A stretch of 63,782 nucleotides of DNA, counting the filler, from Chiloscyllium plagiosum (Eukaryota): assembly GCF_004010195.1 (NCBI RefSeq). It is 5 parts of one record of this genome, joined end to end, with 100 filler letters (N's around TTAATTAATTAA, not from the genome) between each part and the next. Parts side by side here need not be neighbours in the genome. Positions count along the whole stretch, not along the records: positions 21,802 to 37,318 come from NC_057711.1; 4 more parts are not named here. One strand, written 5' to 3'. The notes beneath the pieces are model-generated. The model worked only from the letters and a program-made list of their open reading frames with translations. It had not been told where the DNA came from and did no database searches. The translations under genes were made by a program, and so were the position numbers. Below are positions 24,382-37,418 of the stretch, piece by piece. Position 1 is the first letter of the stretch, and every line of letters begins with the position of its first letter.

Positions 24382-24990
24382 GGGCTGAATTATCATTGAT
24401 CCCTGTATCTTTTTAACTTTAAAAAGTTCCCAAATGAGAATCATAAAACAAGGTCCTAATGAGAAAATAGATTCAAAACTGCAAACAATATAGACTTGTT
24501 CAGAAATATCTTAAATATCCTGATTGCATTCCTGTAAATCCAAAAGGTTATGCATGTAACTCTCATAATCATCACTTTTCATCTCAGGAATAGGTAGGGA
24601 AGGTGATGTTGATTGAGATTCATTTCAACATGAGAAGATGGCTGTCAGTGGCAATTATTCAGCTCATTAGTTGAGAGATTGTGAAATCTTCTGGGCTTGC
24701 CTCTTCTTAAAGCCGGGCTACAGGTCTGATATTTTTATTCTGCTACAGAGAGCACGATATTGTGGAGCAATGGTATGACATTGTCTGCTGATTTTCTGAT
24801 ACTGTAATGGAGGTTATTTTTGAAAAACATTCCAGGCAGGAAGTGAGTCCTGTTTCTCTCTGATGGTCGATAGGTGCCCTATTAAAAGTCAGAGTGCATG
24901 AAGAGCGGTGACTGAGGAGGTTTGTACTAGCTGAATCGCTCCCTGAACCTGGCTATAGTATTGGAAAAACTATAACGCCTCAACAGGTCT
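24382..24990 (+). mobile_element. Harbinger element end: terminal repeat plus decayed Myb/SANT-like DNA-binding gene
   Basis: gggctgaattatc at 24382; 24789-24985 translates, with shifts and stops, FSDTVMEVIF..RK.VLFLSDGR..SA*RAVTEEV...AP*TWL.YWKNYN. Confidence 0.55.
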
Positions 24991-25896
24991 TCTTTACACC
25001 TTTCTTATTCTACATACAGCTGTGTCATGTGGCACTTACCCTTCCCTTCTCTGTCTCAAAAGCACACTCTTCATGCATAACCAGGGACTTGACTTCACCT
25101 TCTTTTGCTTACAAGATCAATAATCTACAACGTTTGTTAAAACTGACACAAATCACAACCTATTTTTGTCTTGTTTGGATCTGAACTAATTCTCACATTT
25201 TTGTTAATTCTATTGATAGACCGTACCCTACAGTTGGACATTGTCTCCCTTGTATGCACTTGCTGTTGTTGCATTTCAGCTTCCAAGTCTCACATACACC
25301 ACAATTCTTTTGCAGGCCACACGGTAACTGATGTCCACACTTTCTACAGACGTTTCACACATAACATAAGGAAGGATGGAAGATCTAATGGTGGTAGAGT
25401 TATGAACTGGTAGTTGCTACCACAAACAACAAAACAAATGAGTTGGCCATTTTCCCTTGCACTACAGTTTCAATATAACTGTACCACAAACATACACAAC
25501 CAAATAGTACCTTTGCCCTGTTTTGGATTTCCATCTACTTGCTCATGTTTGACATTACATCATAATCTTTGTATTACTGCAATCTTTGTATATGTCGCTT
25601 TGATGTCTTTCGTACTGCAGATGCACAGGGTTGGGAGGGGGGGGGGGATGGGTGGTGTTGGTGGGGGATGATATTCAGGGCTCCAATCCAGGGGCATCTT
25701 GACTTGTTTATTTCAGTTTCAGAAGAGTGTTTATATAATTTTAAATACAATTTGGTTGGGCTCATCTAGTTAAATATTTTAAATTAATCCCTTCAAATTA
25801 TGTAATTTTTCAGGTTTAACAGAGATCTATCATCAAGCAAGATAAAAACATGAAACTAATGAATAATGTCAGATTCTGATAATCCTGTAAGACACT

Positions 25897-26865
25897 CATA
25901 GAGTCATAAAGTCATAGAGATGTGCAGCAGGGAAACAGACCCTTCCGTCCAAGTTGCCCATGCTGATCGCATATCCTAACCTAATCTAGTCCCATTTGCC
26001 AGCACTTGACCCATATCCCTCTAAATCCTTCCTATTCATAAACTCATCCAGAATGCTGTAATAGTACCAGCCTTCACCACTTCCTCTAGCACTATATACA
26101 CACATAACTCTCTGGGTGAAAAAATTGCCCCTTAGGTCCCTTTTAAACCTATGCCCTCTAGTTCTGGACTCCCCTACTTCAGGGAAAAGACCTTGTCTAT
26201 TTATCCTAACATGCCCCTCATGATTTTATAAACCTCTATAAGATCATCCCTCAGTCACTGACGCTCCAGGGAAAACAGTCCAGCCTATTCAGCCTCTGCC
26301 TATATCTCAAATCCTTATAAATATTTTCTGAACCCTTTCAAGTTTCACAACATTCTTCCAATAGGAAGGACACCAGAATTGCATGCAATATTCCAAAAGT
26401 GGCCTCAACAATATCCTGTACAGCCGCAACATGACCTCCTAACTCCTATACTCAATGCTCTAACCAAGAAAGGACCAAATGCCTTCTTCACTATCCTATG
26501 TATCTGTGACTCTACTTTCAAGGAGCTATAAACTTGCACTCCAAGATCTCTTTGTTCAGCAATACTTCCCAGGATCTTACCATTAAGTGTATAAGTCCTG
26601 CTCTAATTTGCTTTTTCAAAATGCAGCAACTCACATTTATCTAAATTAAACTCCATCTACCACTCCTCAGCCCATTGGCCCATCTGATCAAATCCCATTG
26701 AAATCTGAGGTAATCTTCTTTGCTGTCCACTGCACCTCCAATTTTGGCGTCATCTGCAAACTTATTAACCATACCTCCTATGTTCACATCCATATCGTTT
26801 ATATAAACGATGGAAAGTAGTGGACCCAGTACTAATCGTCTGGAACACCACTGGTCACAGGCCAC
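25897..26865 (-). mobile_element. CR1 (HER1-like) 3' fragment
   Basis: VLGPLL..YIND...KFADDAKIGG; (agtcatag)n reverse tail. Confidence 0.9.
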
Positions 26866-28036
26866 AGCTAAAAGTTATTTAATTAACAAACAAAAGAAAC
26901 AAAATTTATATCCATCAGAAATACAATACAGACTCCAAACTGGCTCTTGGACAGAAAATCTTTTCCTTCATTGAGACAAAACAGCTCAAATTATTGTGTT
27001 GACAAAAGTCACTAACTCACTGTCTGTGAAAACTACTAACCCCGAGACAGTAGTCCTTGACAAATTGCCTCTAAAAATTATTAAATTCTGAACAGATGTC
27101 ACTGATTAACTCTCCCCATTTTTAGTCTGAGATAAATTCCAACTGATGTGGGCCATGCCTCACTACCCTCAGTTATCCGAACACATGCACAAAACATGAT
27201 GCTCAAAACCTTTATTTTAAAGTCTTTTTAGCATTAACCTTTCCAGAAGTTACTGATAAAATCCAATTTGTGAATAATGTGGTAAATAATTAATTTAATT
27301 GGATCTTTCTCTGCATTCTTGAACTTCCACTCTCAGACAGTGGAGTGTCTCATAATGTTCACCTTATCTTAAAATGAACAGTATTCCATTCGTTACTAAG
27401 GCTGTGTTCTCTTGCAAGGACAGTCCTGGCTGATAAGAATTAGCTGGAGGAAACCTTGTTCCATTTTTACAGCCTGCTTGTTTCTCAGATATTGTTAAAA
27501 ATGCACTGATATTAAGACTTATCAGTAAAAAGTAATAAAAATACCTCCTTAATTTGCTCATGATTATTCATTACTTGTTTTTCAATCATAGTAAATGTAT
27601 TATTGTAATATAGATAGAAATGCCGTCTTTCCACCTAAAACTAGCAAATCATATGGATTTGTAAAAAGCTTCTGAAAATGCCAGATTAACTAAATCTTAA
27701 TCTGAAATCCAAAACACAGAATTATTTATTTATACCAGCCCAAGCATCAGCAAAAACATCAGAACCCTTGATGAGATAGATAATGAGTTCTGCTCCTAAT
27801 TAACAGAAATATTTTGCTTGGAGTTACATTTGACACCTAGTTCTCTTGTAGAACCGGAAAAATAACTTAGGAAGCCCAGCCTTCAACTGTCCTTTGCATA
27901 TCTGCAATTCCTCAAAGTATTGCATAATACCCTGACAGGGTGCTATTGCCTTGGAAATGATTGTGATATTTATGGTTAAAACAAAAGAAATAGGAACTGG
28001 GGTAAGGTATATGTCCTGCTCGAGATTTTATTAGTA

Positions 28037-28214
28037 GATGTTGTTCTGCTATAACGTGCGTATCATTAATGTGAATTTGCTATAAAGTGATTATTTCTAT
28101 TGCACTAACGTTTAAAGGGTGCATGGGTTATAACACGATTCTAGTCCCATTAGTTTAAATGGTGAAGTTATTATGTGATTTTCTTGAAACACTGGATTGC
28201 ATGAGAATGAACTG
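28037..28214. mobile_element. Possible Tigger/pogo-like MITE, degenerate
   Basis: TA on both flanks; gttgttctgctataac left end, gaactg right end; internal (gc)tataac repeats. Confidence 0.35.
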
Positions 28215-29849
28215 TATTCAGCAAGAGCATGATATTCGAAATCAGCTTCACCTTCTGCACTGCACTTATATTTCATAATTCCCTTAGTACTTGATGTTCG
28301 AACTCTGACTCAAAGATATTCAATGACTGCTCTTGTACAGTTCTCTGGGACACAGAAACCCAAGATTCACAATCATTTGAAAGGAGACATTTCTTTGTGT
28401 AAATCAGCCAATGTCTAGTTCTGACACAAAAAATAAAAATACAAATGCCTAGTTCTGACATATGGCTTTGTAAATCTGCAGTTAATTGTGGATCATGTGA
28501 TTGACTAAATGCACGCTGCAGCTGACACCGATCCCTTGCAGGGATCTCTGAATCTCTGAAAATCTCTGAATTTCGTATTTCTCAGAGTTTGCACTGCACC
28601 ATACATGTTTTATTTTATTCATTCCAGGCAATGTGGGCATCTTTGACTGGGCCCACATTTATTACACACCCCTAACTGCCCTGAAGAAAGTTAATGGTGA
28701 GTTACCTCCTTCAGCACTGGTGTTCATTTGGTGAAGGTAGATCCACAATGCCATTAGGAAGGGAATTACAGGAGTTTGACACAGTGACATGGAAATATTA
28801 AGAAGAGAGCGTGCAGGAAGGTGGACGAGAAAAGTGTCAGATCAGACATGATCATAATGAATGCTGGAGCAGGCTCAATGGGAAGAATGGCCTCCCCTTG
28901 TTCCTCTTTCTTTTGGTTTAATGGTCTTATTAGAGATGGCAGAAGGTTGACAATCCACCTCCCTATCAGCAAGGAGCCATCTCCTTCAGGTACGTTTCTG
29001 TTTTATCCTTCCAGGGATGTTCAAAGTATGGTGTTAAAATGAACTTCAACCCTGGTCTGTGTGTGTTACAGACCTGTTATCCCAGTGTGTTGTTGAGTGT
29101 GCTGTAAAGTTCACACATTTGAGAACATCACTGTACTCACAGAATCCCTACAGTGCAGAAAGAGACTATGTGGCCCATTGAGTTTGCATCGACCATCTGA
29201 AGAGCATCCCATCCAGAGCCCTCACCCTAGCCCTGGGACCCCACATTTTAGCATGGTCAGTCCACCTAGCTTGCACATCTGTGGGAAGAAACTGTGGAGT
29301 AGCAGCGCTAAGCTCAGAGCCAGGAGAAAGTGAGGACTACAGATGCTGGAAAGCACTGTGGTCACACTTTTCGAATCTAACCATCGAGCCACCATGCCAC
29401 CGTCTGCATGTACTGGATGTAAAGAAAAACAAAAGAAATACTCTCACTCTGAATGCTTCTATTCAGCCATTGTTGAAAGGAACCAAGACACAAAAACTTC
29501 AGTCAACCTGCAAATAAGTGATGGATCTCAAAAAGTTTCACAATTTACTCATCGCAAATGACCTAGAGATTGATCTGTGTATATACATGTTGCATTATTA
29601 TTTCTCCTCATGCTCAGTAACTAATAAACTCACATTCTTATTAACTCTCAAAGGTCTGCTTTGAGTAGCTGTTCTGAAAACATAAAATAACATGTATATA
29701 ATTATCCATTGGGAAGGGATCCTTTTCAAATTAACTTTGTTGTGAACAAAGATAGGATATCAGTTTGTCCCTTTGCACCTGAGAGCTTTACAATTTTGCT
29801 ATCATCTCTGGAAACAAATAACATTAGGGATCATTGCCTGATCAGAACA

Positions 29850-30370
29850 CACAGCAGCAGCCTTCACATTCAACACATCATCCTCCACCTACAGCATGGG
29901 AAACCAACAAATACATGGTCCCCACCCATTTCAGGATTCCAAAGGGGCTGGTCCCTCTGCAACACCCTGACCCATTCCTTTCTAATGCAATTTCATGTGC
30001 AACCTTAGCAATGTAACATTTATCCTTTTATTTCCTCTCTTTTCACCACCTTGAGCTTAAGTCATTCTTTCCCATTGAAACAGGGCTTTGCATGCACATC
30101 TTTCATTATATCATCCTTTGCTCACAATGCTGTTTCCTCTGAATTGGGGCAACCAAAGTGGTGAATGCCTTCCAGAACACCATTGTTCATCTTAAAAGTG
30201 TGACTGTGCACTTTCTGTTATTTGTATTCTCTGTTCCACTTCCACGCTGAACTCTCGATCCTCAGCTTCTTACACTGTTCCAATGAACTTTGATGAATGC
30301 TTTAGGAGCACAACTTCACATTTTGACTAAGCTGTTTGAACTCAACATTGAGTTCAGCAGTTACAGGTCA
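29850..30370 (+). mobile_element. Old Penelope fragment including the GIY-YIG endonuclease region
   Basis: Degenerate F.CTS..IY.I.CSQC..L.IG.TK..F.EH, comparable to 62420-62612. Confidence 0.55.
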
Positions 30371-30815
30371 TCTATCTGTATTTTGGTTTCCTTTTAAGAT
30401 GACAGCTGTCAGTAATGATTGTATTATTTACATTTACACTTTCCCCAGACACATTTTTTTCCTTCCTTACTTGTTTCATTATCACCCAATGTTTCCTTAC
30501 ACTTCTGCCAGTTAAGTCTGTTATCTCAAATCATTCCATAGATCTTGGAATGCATTTTTGCCATTGAAGCTGGAAATGGATCCTGGACCTCATGGTCAGA
30601 AACCTGTCTCAGTAGAAAACTGATTAAAATTAAGATTTTTACATTGTCAATATTTTAATTGCTGTGGGGATGTCTTTCCTATTTGCTTTAGAGCCATTGC
30701 ATGTGGGTCAAATAAGCTGTCAGGCTCCTTTAGATGCAAATAGCAGCCATCAGTGAGGTTGCTGGCTTGTCTTATAGAGAGATATCATTTCTGTCAGTTG
30801 CTTCCCACAGCACCA

Positions 30816-30900
30816 ATGGGAAGAGACTGGAGGCTTAGCAATACTGACCTGGATCTCACTTTAGATGCCAATGAAGGAAAGGAGGGAACACTTTCCTTGA
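30816..30900 (+). pseudogene. Harbinger Myb/SANT-like gene N-terminal remnant
   Basis: MGRDWRLSNTDLDLTLDANEGK resembles the RFS..DLE.LLDAVE.R helix. Confidence 0.4.
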
Positions 30901-32010
30901 AGAATGAGGCCACTTCATCATGCAGCAGGGGCAGGTCTCTGCTCAGCGTCTTCCCCCTCCTTCTTCTTTTACACATGTTGCTTCTCAGATATCTTTGTTC
31001 CTGGCTTTCTCTGGGGATCTCTTGTTCCAGAGTTCTACCACACTCAAGGTCCACATCTATTTGGAGGGCAGTAGGTTGTTGGAGAGCACCATCCAATTAG
31101 ATCAGACACTGGATTGCAAATTGGAGATTCCTAGTGACCTGCTTATTCCATTGGGCAGCTGGTATTGGTTTTATCAGACTTGTGTTTCTGTCTGGTGTTC
31201 CTATAAAATGGAAAGTAGCCACCTCAAACAATATGGAGTTGGAATAAAGACCATAGACAGCTGAACTAGTGGCATATGGAGGACGGAGGCTGTTCCCAGG
31301 AAAGTATACACATTTTAAAATTCATTCATAGGATGAGGGCATTGCTGGCAAATCCAGCATTTGTTGTCCCTCCCAAACTGTTAAGCATTAACTGCATTGC
31401 TGTGGATCCAGAGTCACATGTAGGCCAGACCAGATATGGATGGCAGTGTCCATCTCTAAAGGAGATTAGTGAATCAAATGGGTTTTCCCAACAACCAGCA
31501 ATGGATTTATGTTATCATTAGATTCTTCATTCCAGGTTTTTTTTACTTAATTAAAATTCACCATCTGCCATGGCGGAATTTGAACCCAGGTCTCCAGAAC
31601 ATTACCTGGGACTCTGGATTATCACTCCATTGATAGTACCATTAGGTCATCACCTCTCCCTTAAGTGGAAAAAACTTGTTCAGTGTTGAGTGAATAACTC
31701 CCTTTCTGTTGATTGATACAGTTGAGTGGTCATTGAATGTGTTGATTGTCACGCAGGTACAACTTGTGTCTGCACAAATGCAGTGATGGTGGAGAGACCC
31801 AATGTACATCATTCCAGTGAGGCTATGTCTACTGTGGAATGAATGCACTGTTCGATATAAATGTAAATGAGGGCATCAGTGACCAGCAGGTTCAGTGCTG
31901 CTCTGGCATGTTTGAGATGCCACTAAGGACTGCAATTAATCCTTGGAAGGAGTTAGAAGCAAAGTTGTTTAAGGCCAGAGTGACTTTGACTGCCACTGTT
32001 GCGTGCTGAG
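30900..32010 (-). pseudogene. Harbinger (HARBI1-like) transposase remnant interrupted by a SINE
   Basis: Minus strand, in order: VAVKVTLALNNFASNSFQG..LSGIS..VTDAL; SCTCVTI...INRKG.HS; CVYFPG; QCL..LDGALQ. Confidence 0.75.
31321..31660 (-). mobile_element. tRNA-derived SINE with LINE-like tail (family of 56640-56986)
   Basis: Reverse strand gggagaggtgatgacctaatgg...gggttcaaattcc; tail gccctcatcc..gaatgaa. Confidence 0.75.
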
Positions 32011-32249
32011 GGCTCTGAACCTTTAACTAGATTTGGTACCTACCTGATAAGGCCTATTCTTTGATTGGGAAATTAAGTCTCAAACGTGCTAAAGACACAC
32101 ATATTCTACTGAATAAAACTCTCTCACTCACACATAGTTAAAAAAGCTAACCCTCATATACATTTGGAAAATCAAATTGTTAGAGATAACCGTGAGAAAG
32201 AAATCAATTAATCTTTTTCAAGTCAGTTTTCTCGAACAATCTGTTATGG

Positions 32250-34940
32250 ACCAAACCAGGCATTAGACTCGTTCTAATCTTGTAAAGTGTAATGAGGCAG
32301 GTTTAATAGATGATTTCACAGTAAACGATCAATGAGGAAATAGTGACCATAACATGGTGCAATTAAGCATTCATATTGAGTGAAACAAACTTGGGTTGGA
32401 AGCAATTTTGTTAAACTTAAATAAGGAAAATTACAAAAGAAGGATGGCAACAACAGTTGGAGTAAACTGGGTGAGGCGTTTAGCCAAAAAGGCTGTAGAG
32501 GACTAATAGCAGGATTTTAAGAAAATAGTTCATGACTCGCAAGGAAGATATATAGCAATAAGAAAGAAAAAAAATCTAGGAATGGGATAAAGCAAACATG
32601 GTTAACCAATGAAGTTAGAGTAAACATCAAACCAAAAGGAAAAACATACAATGTGGCAAAAACATTGTCAAAGGATTGGAAAAGTTTTAAAAAGGAAAAC
32701 AGGTGACCAAAAAGATATGAGGAGGTGAAAATAAACTTTGAAGGTAAACTAGCAAATGATCTCAAAATAGATGGCAAGAAAGTCTTTAAATATGTAAAAA
32801 GGAAGAGAGAAGTCAAAGTGAGCAACAGTCTCTTGGAGAATGAGGCTGTGGAAATAATAAAGGAGAATCTGGAAATGTCAGATGAGTTGCATAGATGCTT
32901 TAGATCAGTCTTCATGGCAGAAAACACAAATAGCTTTTAAACATATTAAATAATCAAAGGTCAAAAGTGAGAAAAGGAAATAAATATAATAATTATCCCT
33001 ACGGGAAAATTGCTACTGTAAATAATAGGACTAAAGTTTGCAAAATCCCCTGGACCTGATGGGTTGTATCCTCAGATACAAAAGGAAGTAGCCACAGAGA
33101 TAGTGGATAAACTGGTAGTAATCCTTTAAGAATCCTTAGATTCCGGAAAAGTCCTGGAGGGTTGCAAGAAGATCATGGAACATCCTTCTTCAAAAGGCAG
33201 GGAGGCAAAATCAGGTAACCATAGGCCAGTTAGCTTCACACCAGCCATTTGAAAATTGTTAGCACCTATTACAAAAGATGTCTTAGCGGAGCTTTGAGAA
33301 ACATATTATAAAAGCAAGCAGAGTCAGCATGACTTCATAAAGGGGAAGTCATGCCTTACAAATATATTGGATTTCTTTGAGGAGGTAACAAATAGGATAG
33401 ATCAGGGGAACCAGTAGCTGTGAAGTGTTAGGACTTCCAAAGGACATTCAATGAGGTATCACAAGTAAGTCCATGTAATAAGATAAGAGCCCATAGTATT
33501 GAAGGCAGTATATTAATGTATAGAGAAAATCGGTTAACTAATAGAAGTCAGAGAGTTGGGAAAAGAGTGTCTTTTTTGGATGGCAGTCTGAACTAGTAAA
33601 GTGTTAAAAGATCAATGTCACAATTATTTACAATATGCATTAATAACTTGGATGAGGGAAGTGAATATACTAAAGTTTGGTTTACAGGGACAGCAATGGT
33701 GAGGATGACACAAAGAGTCTCCAGAGGGATGTAGCCAGGTTAAGTGATTCTGCACAAAATCTTGGAAGATAGAATATAATGGAGGGTTATGGGAGAATAG
33801 AGGAGCTGGATATTATTTAAATGGAGAAAAACTGCAGAAAGTCACAGAACGGAGCCATTTGGGATCCTTGTGCTTAAATCACACAAAAAAAAACTAGTTT
33901 AAACAGTCAGCATGTAATAGCAATAGCAAAATATATTGTTTCAGCGGAATGGATGAAAACAAAAACAGGGAAATTTTGCAAGAACTATCATTGTGAGGTT
34001 GAAGGTGTGTACTGTACCTTTAAGAGAGAGAGAGAGAGAGAGAGAGAATGCTTTTCTTAAACAAGAGATTACAAGCATCTGTGTATACAGCTAGATGGCA
34101 GTCCCAGAATGTACTGGAACATTGAAAATCTGTGACATTTGGCTGTTAAGTGGATACCTGAGTTTTGGTTGTTGTTTTGGCAACAATTCAAGTTTAACCA
34201 ATTAGTTTAAATTATGCCCAGGATGCCAGAAGCCAATGGAAATTGAATTTTATTGTTGTGACACCTGGATACCAAATGAATTGTAAGAATTTAATGTCTC
34301 ATTGGGGTATATATGTAAACCCAGTATTTTGAAACTTAGAGAGAGAACAACTGGCATCGAACAATGAGCAACTGCTGTATAGCCAGAGAGCTAATTGCCC
34401 ATCTAACAGCTTGCTCTCTAAGAAATTAGAAAATACACTCTGTCAAAGGTATCTTGTCATGTGAAACATACTCGCAGTAAAATAGAAAGAAAACCACTGA
34501 TGGAGATCAGCAGCCAGGAGAGTGAAAACACCGAAGAGGACAGAGACTGTGTCATCTTGAGATGTAATGTTTAATAAGTATGTTATTGGAAAAGCATATT
34601 ATTTTCATAGACTTGGGATCAGACAGTAAGTAGTTTAAAAAAAGGGGCTTTGGATTTGTGAATAGTTGTTATTTAGAATCCACTATTAGAGTTAAGAAAA
34701 TACATTGTTATTTTTCTCTAAATAGTGGAATTTAGGAGTTCTCTGTCTTTAACAGATTATGAGGTGAGCTTTTCTGGATGTTTGGTTTAATTAACAGAGG
34801 GGTTTGACAAACACGTCGCAACACTTTAGAGGTACTAGTTAGAAAATATTTCAAATACTGCGAACAACTTTGGACTGCTTACCTAAAGGAAGATATATTG
34901 GCTATGAAGGCAGTTCAGAGAAGGTTCACAAGATTTATCT
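32250..34940 (+). mobile_element. Old CR1 ORF2 (endonuclease end through RT), interrupted at 33992-34823
   Basis: SDHN, KSPGPDGLYP, QSQHDFIKGKSCLTNILDFFE motifs. Confidence 0.85.
33992..34823 (+). mobile_element. Probable solo LTR inserted in CR1, contains (AG)n
   Basis: Non-coding 832 bp with TGT...ACA termini; CR1 sequence resumes either side; CCAAT boxes and TATA-like tatatat near 34308; target-site duplication not clean. Confidence 0.5.
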
Positions 34941-34942
34941 GA

Positions 34943-36600
34943 AAATGTGTTACTGGAAAAGCGCAGCAGGTCAGGCAGCATCCAAGGAGCAGGAGAATCG
35001 ACGTTTTGGGCAGAAGCCCTTCTTCAGGAATGAGGAAAGTGTGTCCAGCAGGCTAAGATAAAAGGTAGGGAGGAGGGACTTGGGGGAGGGCGTTGGAAAT
35101 GCGATAGGTGGAAGGAGGTCAAGGTGAGGGTGATAGGCCGGAGTGGGGTGGGGGCGGAGAGGTCAGGAAGAAGATTGCAGGTTAGGAAGGTGGTGCCGAG
35201 TTCGAGGGATTTGACTGAGACNNNNNNNNNNNNNNNNNNNNNNNNNNNNNNNNNNNNNNNNNNNNNNNNNNNNNNNNNNNNNNNNNNNNNNNNNNNNNNN
35301 NNNNNNNNNNNNNNNNNNNNNNNNNNNNNNNNNNNNNNNNNNNNNNNNNNNNNNNNNNNNNNNNNNNNNNNNNNNNNNNNNNNNNNNNNNNNNNNNNNNN
35401 NNNNNNNNNNNNNNNNNNNNNNNNNNNNNNNNNNNNNNNNNNNNNNNNNNNNNNNNNNNNNNNNNNNNNNNNNNNNNNNNNNNNNNNNNNNNNNNNNNNN
35501 NNNNNNNNNNNNNNNNNNNNNNNNNNNNNNNNNNNNNNNNNNNNNNNNNNNNNNNNNNNNNNNNNNNNNNNNNNNNNNNNNNNNNNNNNNNNNNNNNNNN
35601 NNNNNNNNNNNNNNNNNNNNNNNNNNNNNNNNNNNNNNNNNNNNNNNNNNNNNNNNNNNNNNNNNNNNNNNNNNNNNNNNNNNNNNNNNNNNNNNNNNNN
35701 NNNNNNNNNNNNNNNNNNNNNNNNNNNNNNNNNNNNNNNNNNNNNNNNNNNNNNNNNNNNNNNNNNNNNNNNNNNNNNNNNNNNNNNNNNNGAGACGAAG
35801 GAATTGGGAATATGGGATAGCGTTTTTACAGAGGGCAGGGTGGGAGGTGGTGTAATCTAGGTAGCTGTTTATAGTAAATGTCCATGTTGAGTCGGTCGTC
35901 CGAGATAGAAATGGAAAGGTCTACGAAGGGGAGGGAGGAGTCTGAGACGGTCCAGGTGAATTTGAGATTGGGGCGGAAGGTGCTGGTAAAGTGGATGAAC
36001 TGTTCAACCTCCTCGTGGGAGCACAAGGCAGCACCGATACAGTCATTGATGTAGCGGAGGAAAAGGTGGGGTGTGGTGCCAGTGTAGCTGCGGAAGATGG
36101 ACTGTTCCACATATCCTATGAAGAGGCAGGCATAGCTGGGGCCCATGCGGGTGCCCATGGCTACTCCTTTGGTTTGGAGGAAGTGGGAGGATTGGAAAGA
36201 GAAGTTGGAGGCGGTGGATGGGAGATCCTCTGAGGTGATGAGGTTATGGATGGTCTGGGAGATGATGGCTTAGTGGTGGGATGTGGGGTCATGGTCAAGG
36301 GGGCAGTAGGAGGAGGTGTCCATGAGCTGGCGTTTAGCCTCAGCGGTGTAAAGGTCGGTGCGCCAAACTACTACCGCCCCTCCCTTGTCTGCTGGTTTGA
36401 TAGTGAGGTTGGGGTTGGAATGGAGGGAGTGGAGGGCTGCACATTCCAAGGGTGAGAGGTTGGAGTGGGTGAGAGGGGTGGAGAAGTTGAGGCGGTTAAT
36501 GTCACGGCGTCAGTTGACTATGAAGGGATCGAGGGCGGGTAAGAGGCCAGCACGGGGTGTCCAGGTGGATGGGGTGTGTTGGAGGTGGGAGAAGGGGTCG
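34943..36600 (-). mobile_element. Penelope-like element (terminal repeat and RT), spans an N gap
   Basis: MGTRMGPSYACLFIG..FLRYIND..LPFVDLSI..DIYYK Penelope RT motifs; terminal repeat with hammerhead-like motif at 35000-35027. Confidence 0.9.
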
Positions 36601-37318
36601 CTGCGACATTAACCACCTCAACTTCTCCACACCTCTCATCCACTCCAAACTCTCACCCTTGGAACGTGCAGCCCTCCACTCCCTCCGTTCCAACCCCAAC
36701 CTCACTATCAAACCAGCAGACAAGGGAGGAGGCGGACACCTCCTCCTACTGCCCCCTTGACCATGACCCCACCTCCCACCACCAAGCCATCATCTCCCAG
36801 ACCATCCATAACCTCATCACCTCAGGGGATCTCCCATCCACCGCCTCCAACCTCATAGTCCCACAACCCCGCACCGCCCGTTTCTACCTCCTCCCAAAAT
36901 CCACAAACCTGACTGTCCCAGCTGACCCATTGTCTCAGCCTGCTCCTGCCCCACTGAACTCATCTCTGCAAACCTCGACACGGTCCGTCCCCCTTAGTCC
37001 AAGAACTCCCCACCTACGTTTGAGACACCACCCACGCCCTCCACCTCCTCCATGATTTTTGCTTCCCTGGTCCCCAACGCCTTATCTTCACCATGGACAT
37101 CCAGTCCCTGTACACCTTCATCCCCCATCACGAAGGATTCAAAGCCCTCTGCTTCTTCCTTTCCCGCCGTACCAACCAGTACCCTTCCACTGACACCCTC
37201 CTTCGACTGACTGAACTGGTCCTCACCCTGAACAACTTCTCTTTCCAATCCTCCCACTTCCTCCAAACCAAAGGAGTAGCCATGGGCGAAACGTCGATTC
37301 TCCTGCTCCTTGGATGCT
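36601..37318 (+). mobile_element. Penelope-like RT fragment in the opposite orientation (head-to-head with 34943-36600)
   Basis: LTIKPADKGG, FYLLPK, MDIQSLYTFIPH, QTKGVAMG. Confidence 0.9.
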
Positions 37319-37418
37319 NNNNNNNNNNNNNNNNNNNNNNNNNNNNNNNNNNNNNNNNNNNNTTAATTAATTAANNNNNNNNNNNNNNNNNNNNNNNNNN
37401 NNNNNNNNNNNNNNNNNN

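Noticed and set aside
25205..25350. Cys-rich minus frame CRKCGHQLPCGLQKNCGVCETWKLKC
   Set aside because: Short, no convincing start or splice acceptor, and no recognised zinc-finger spacing
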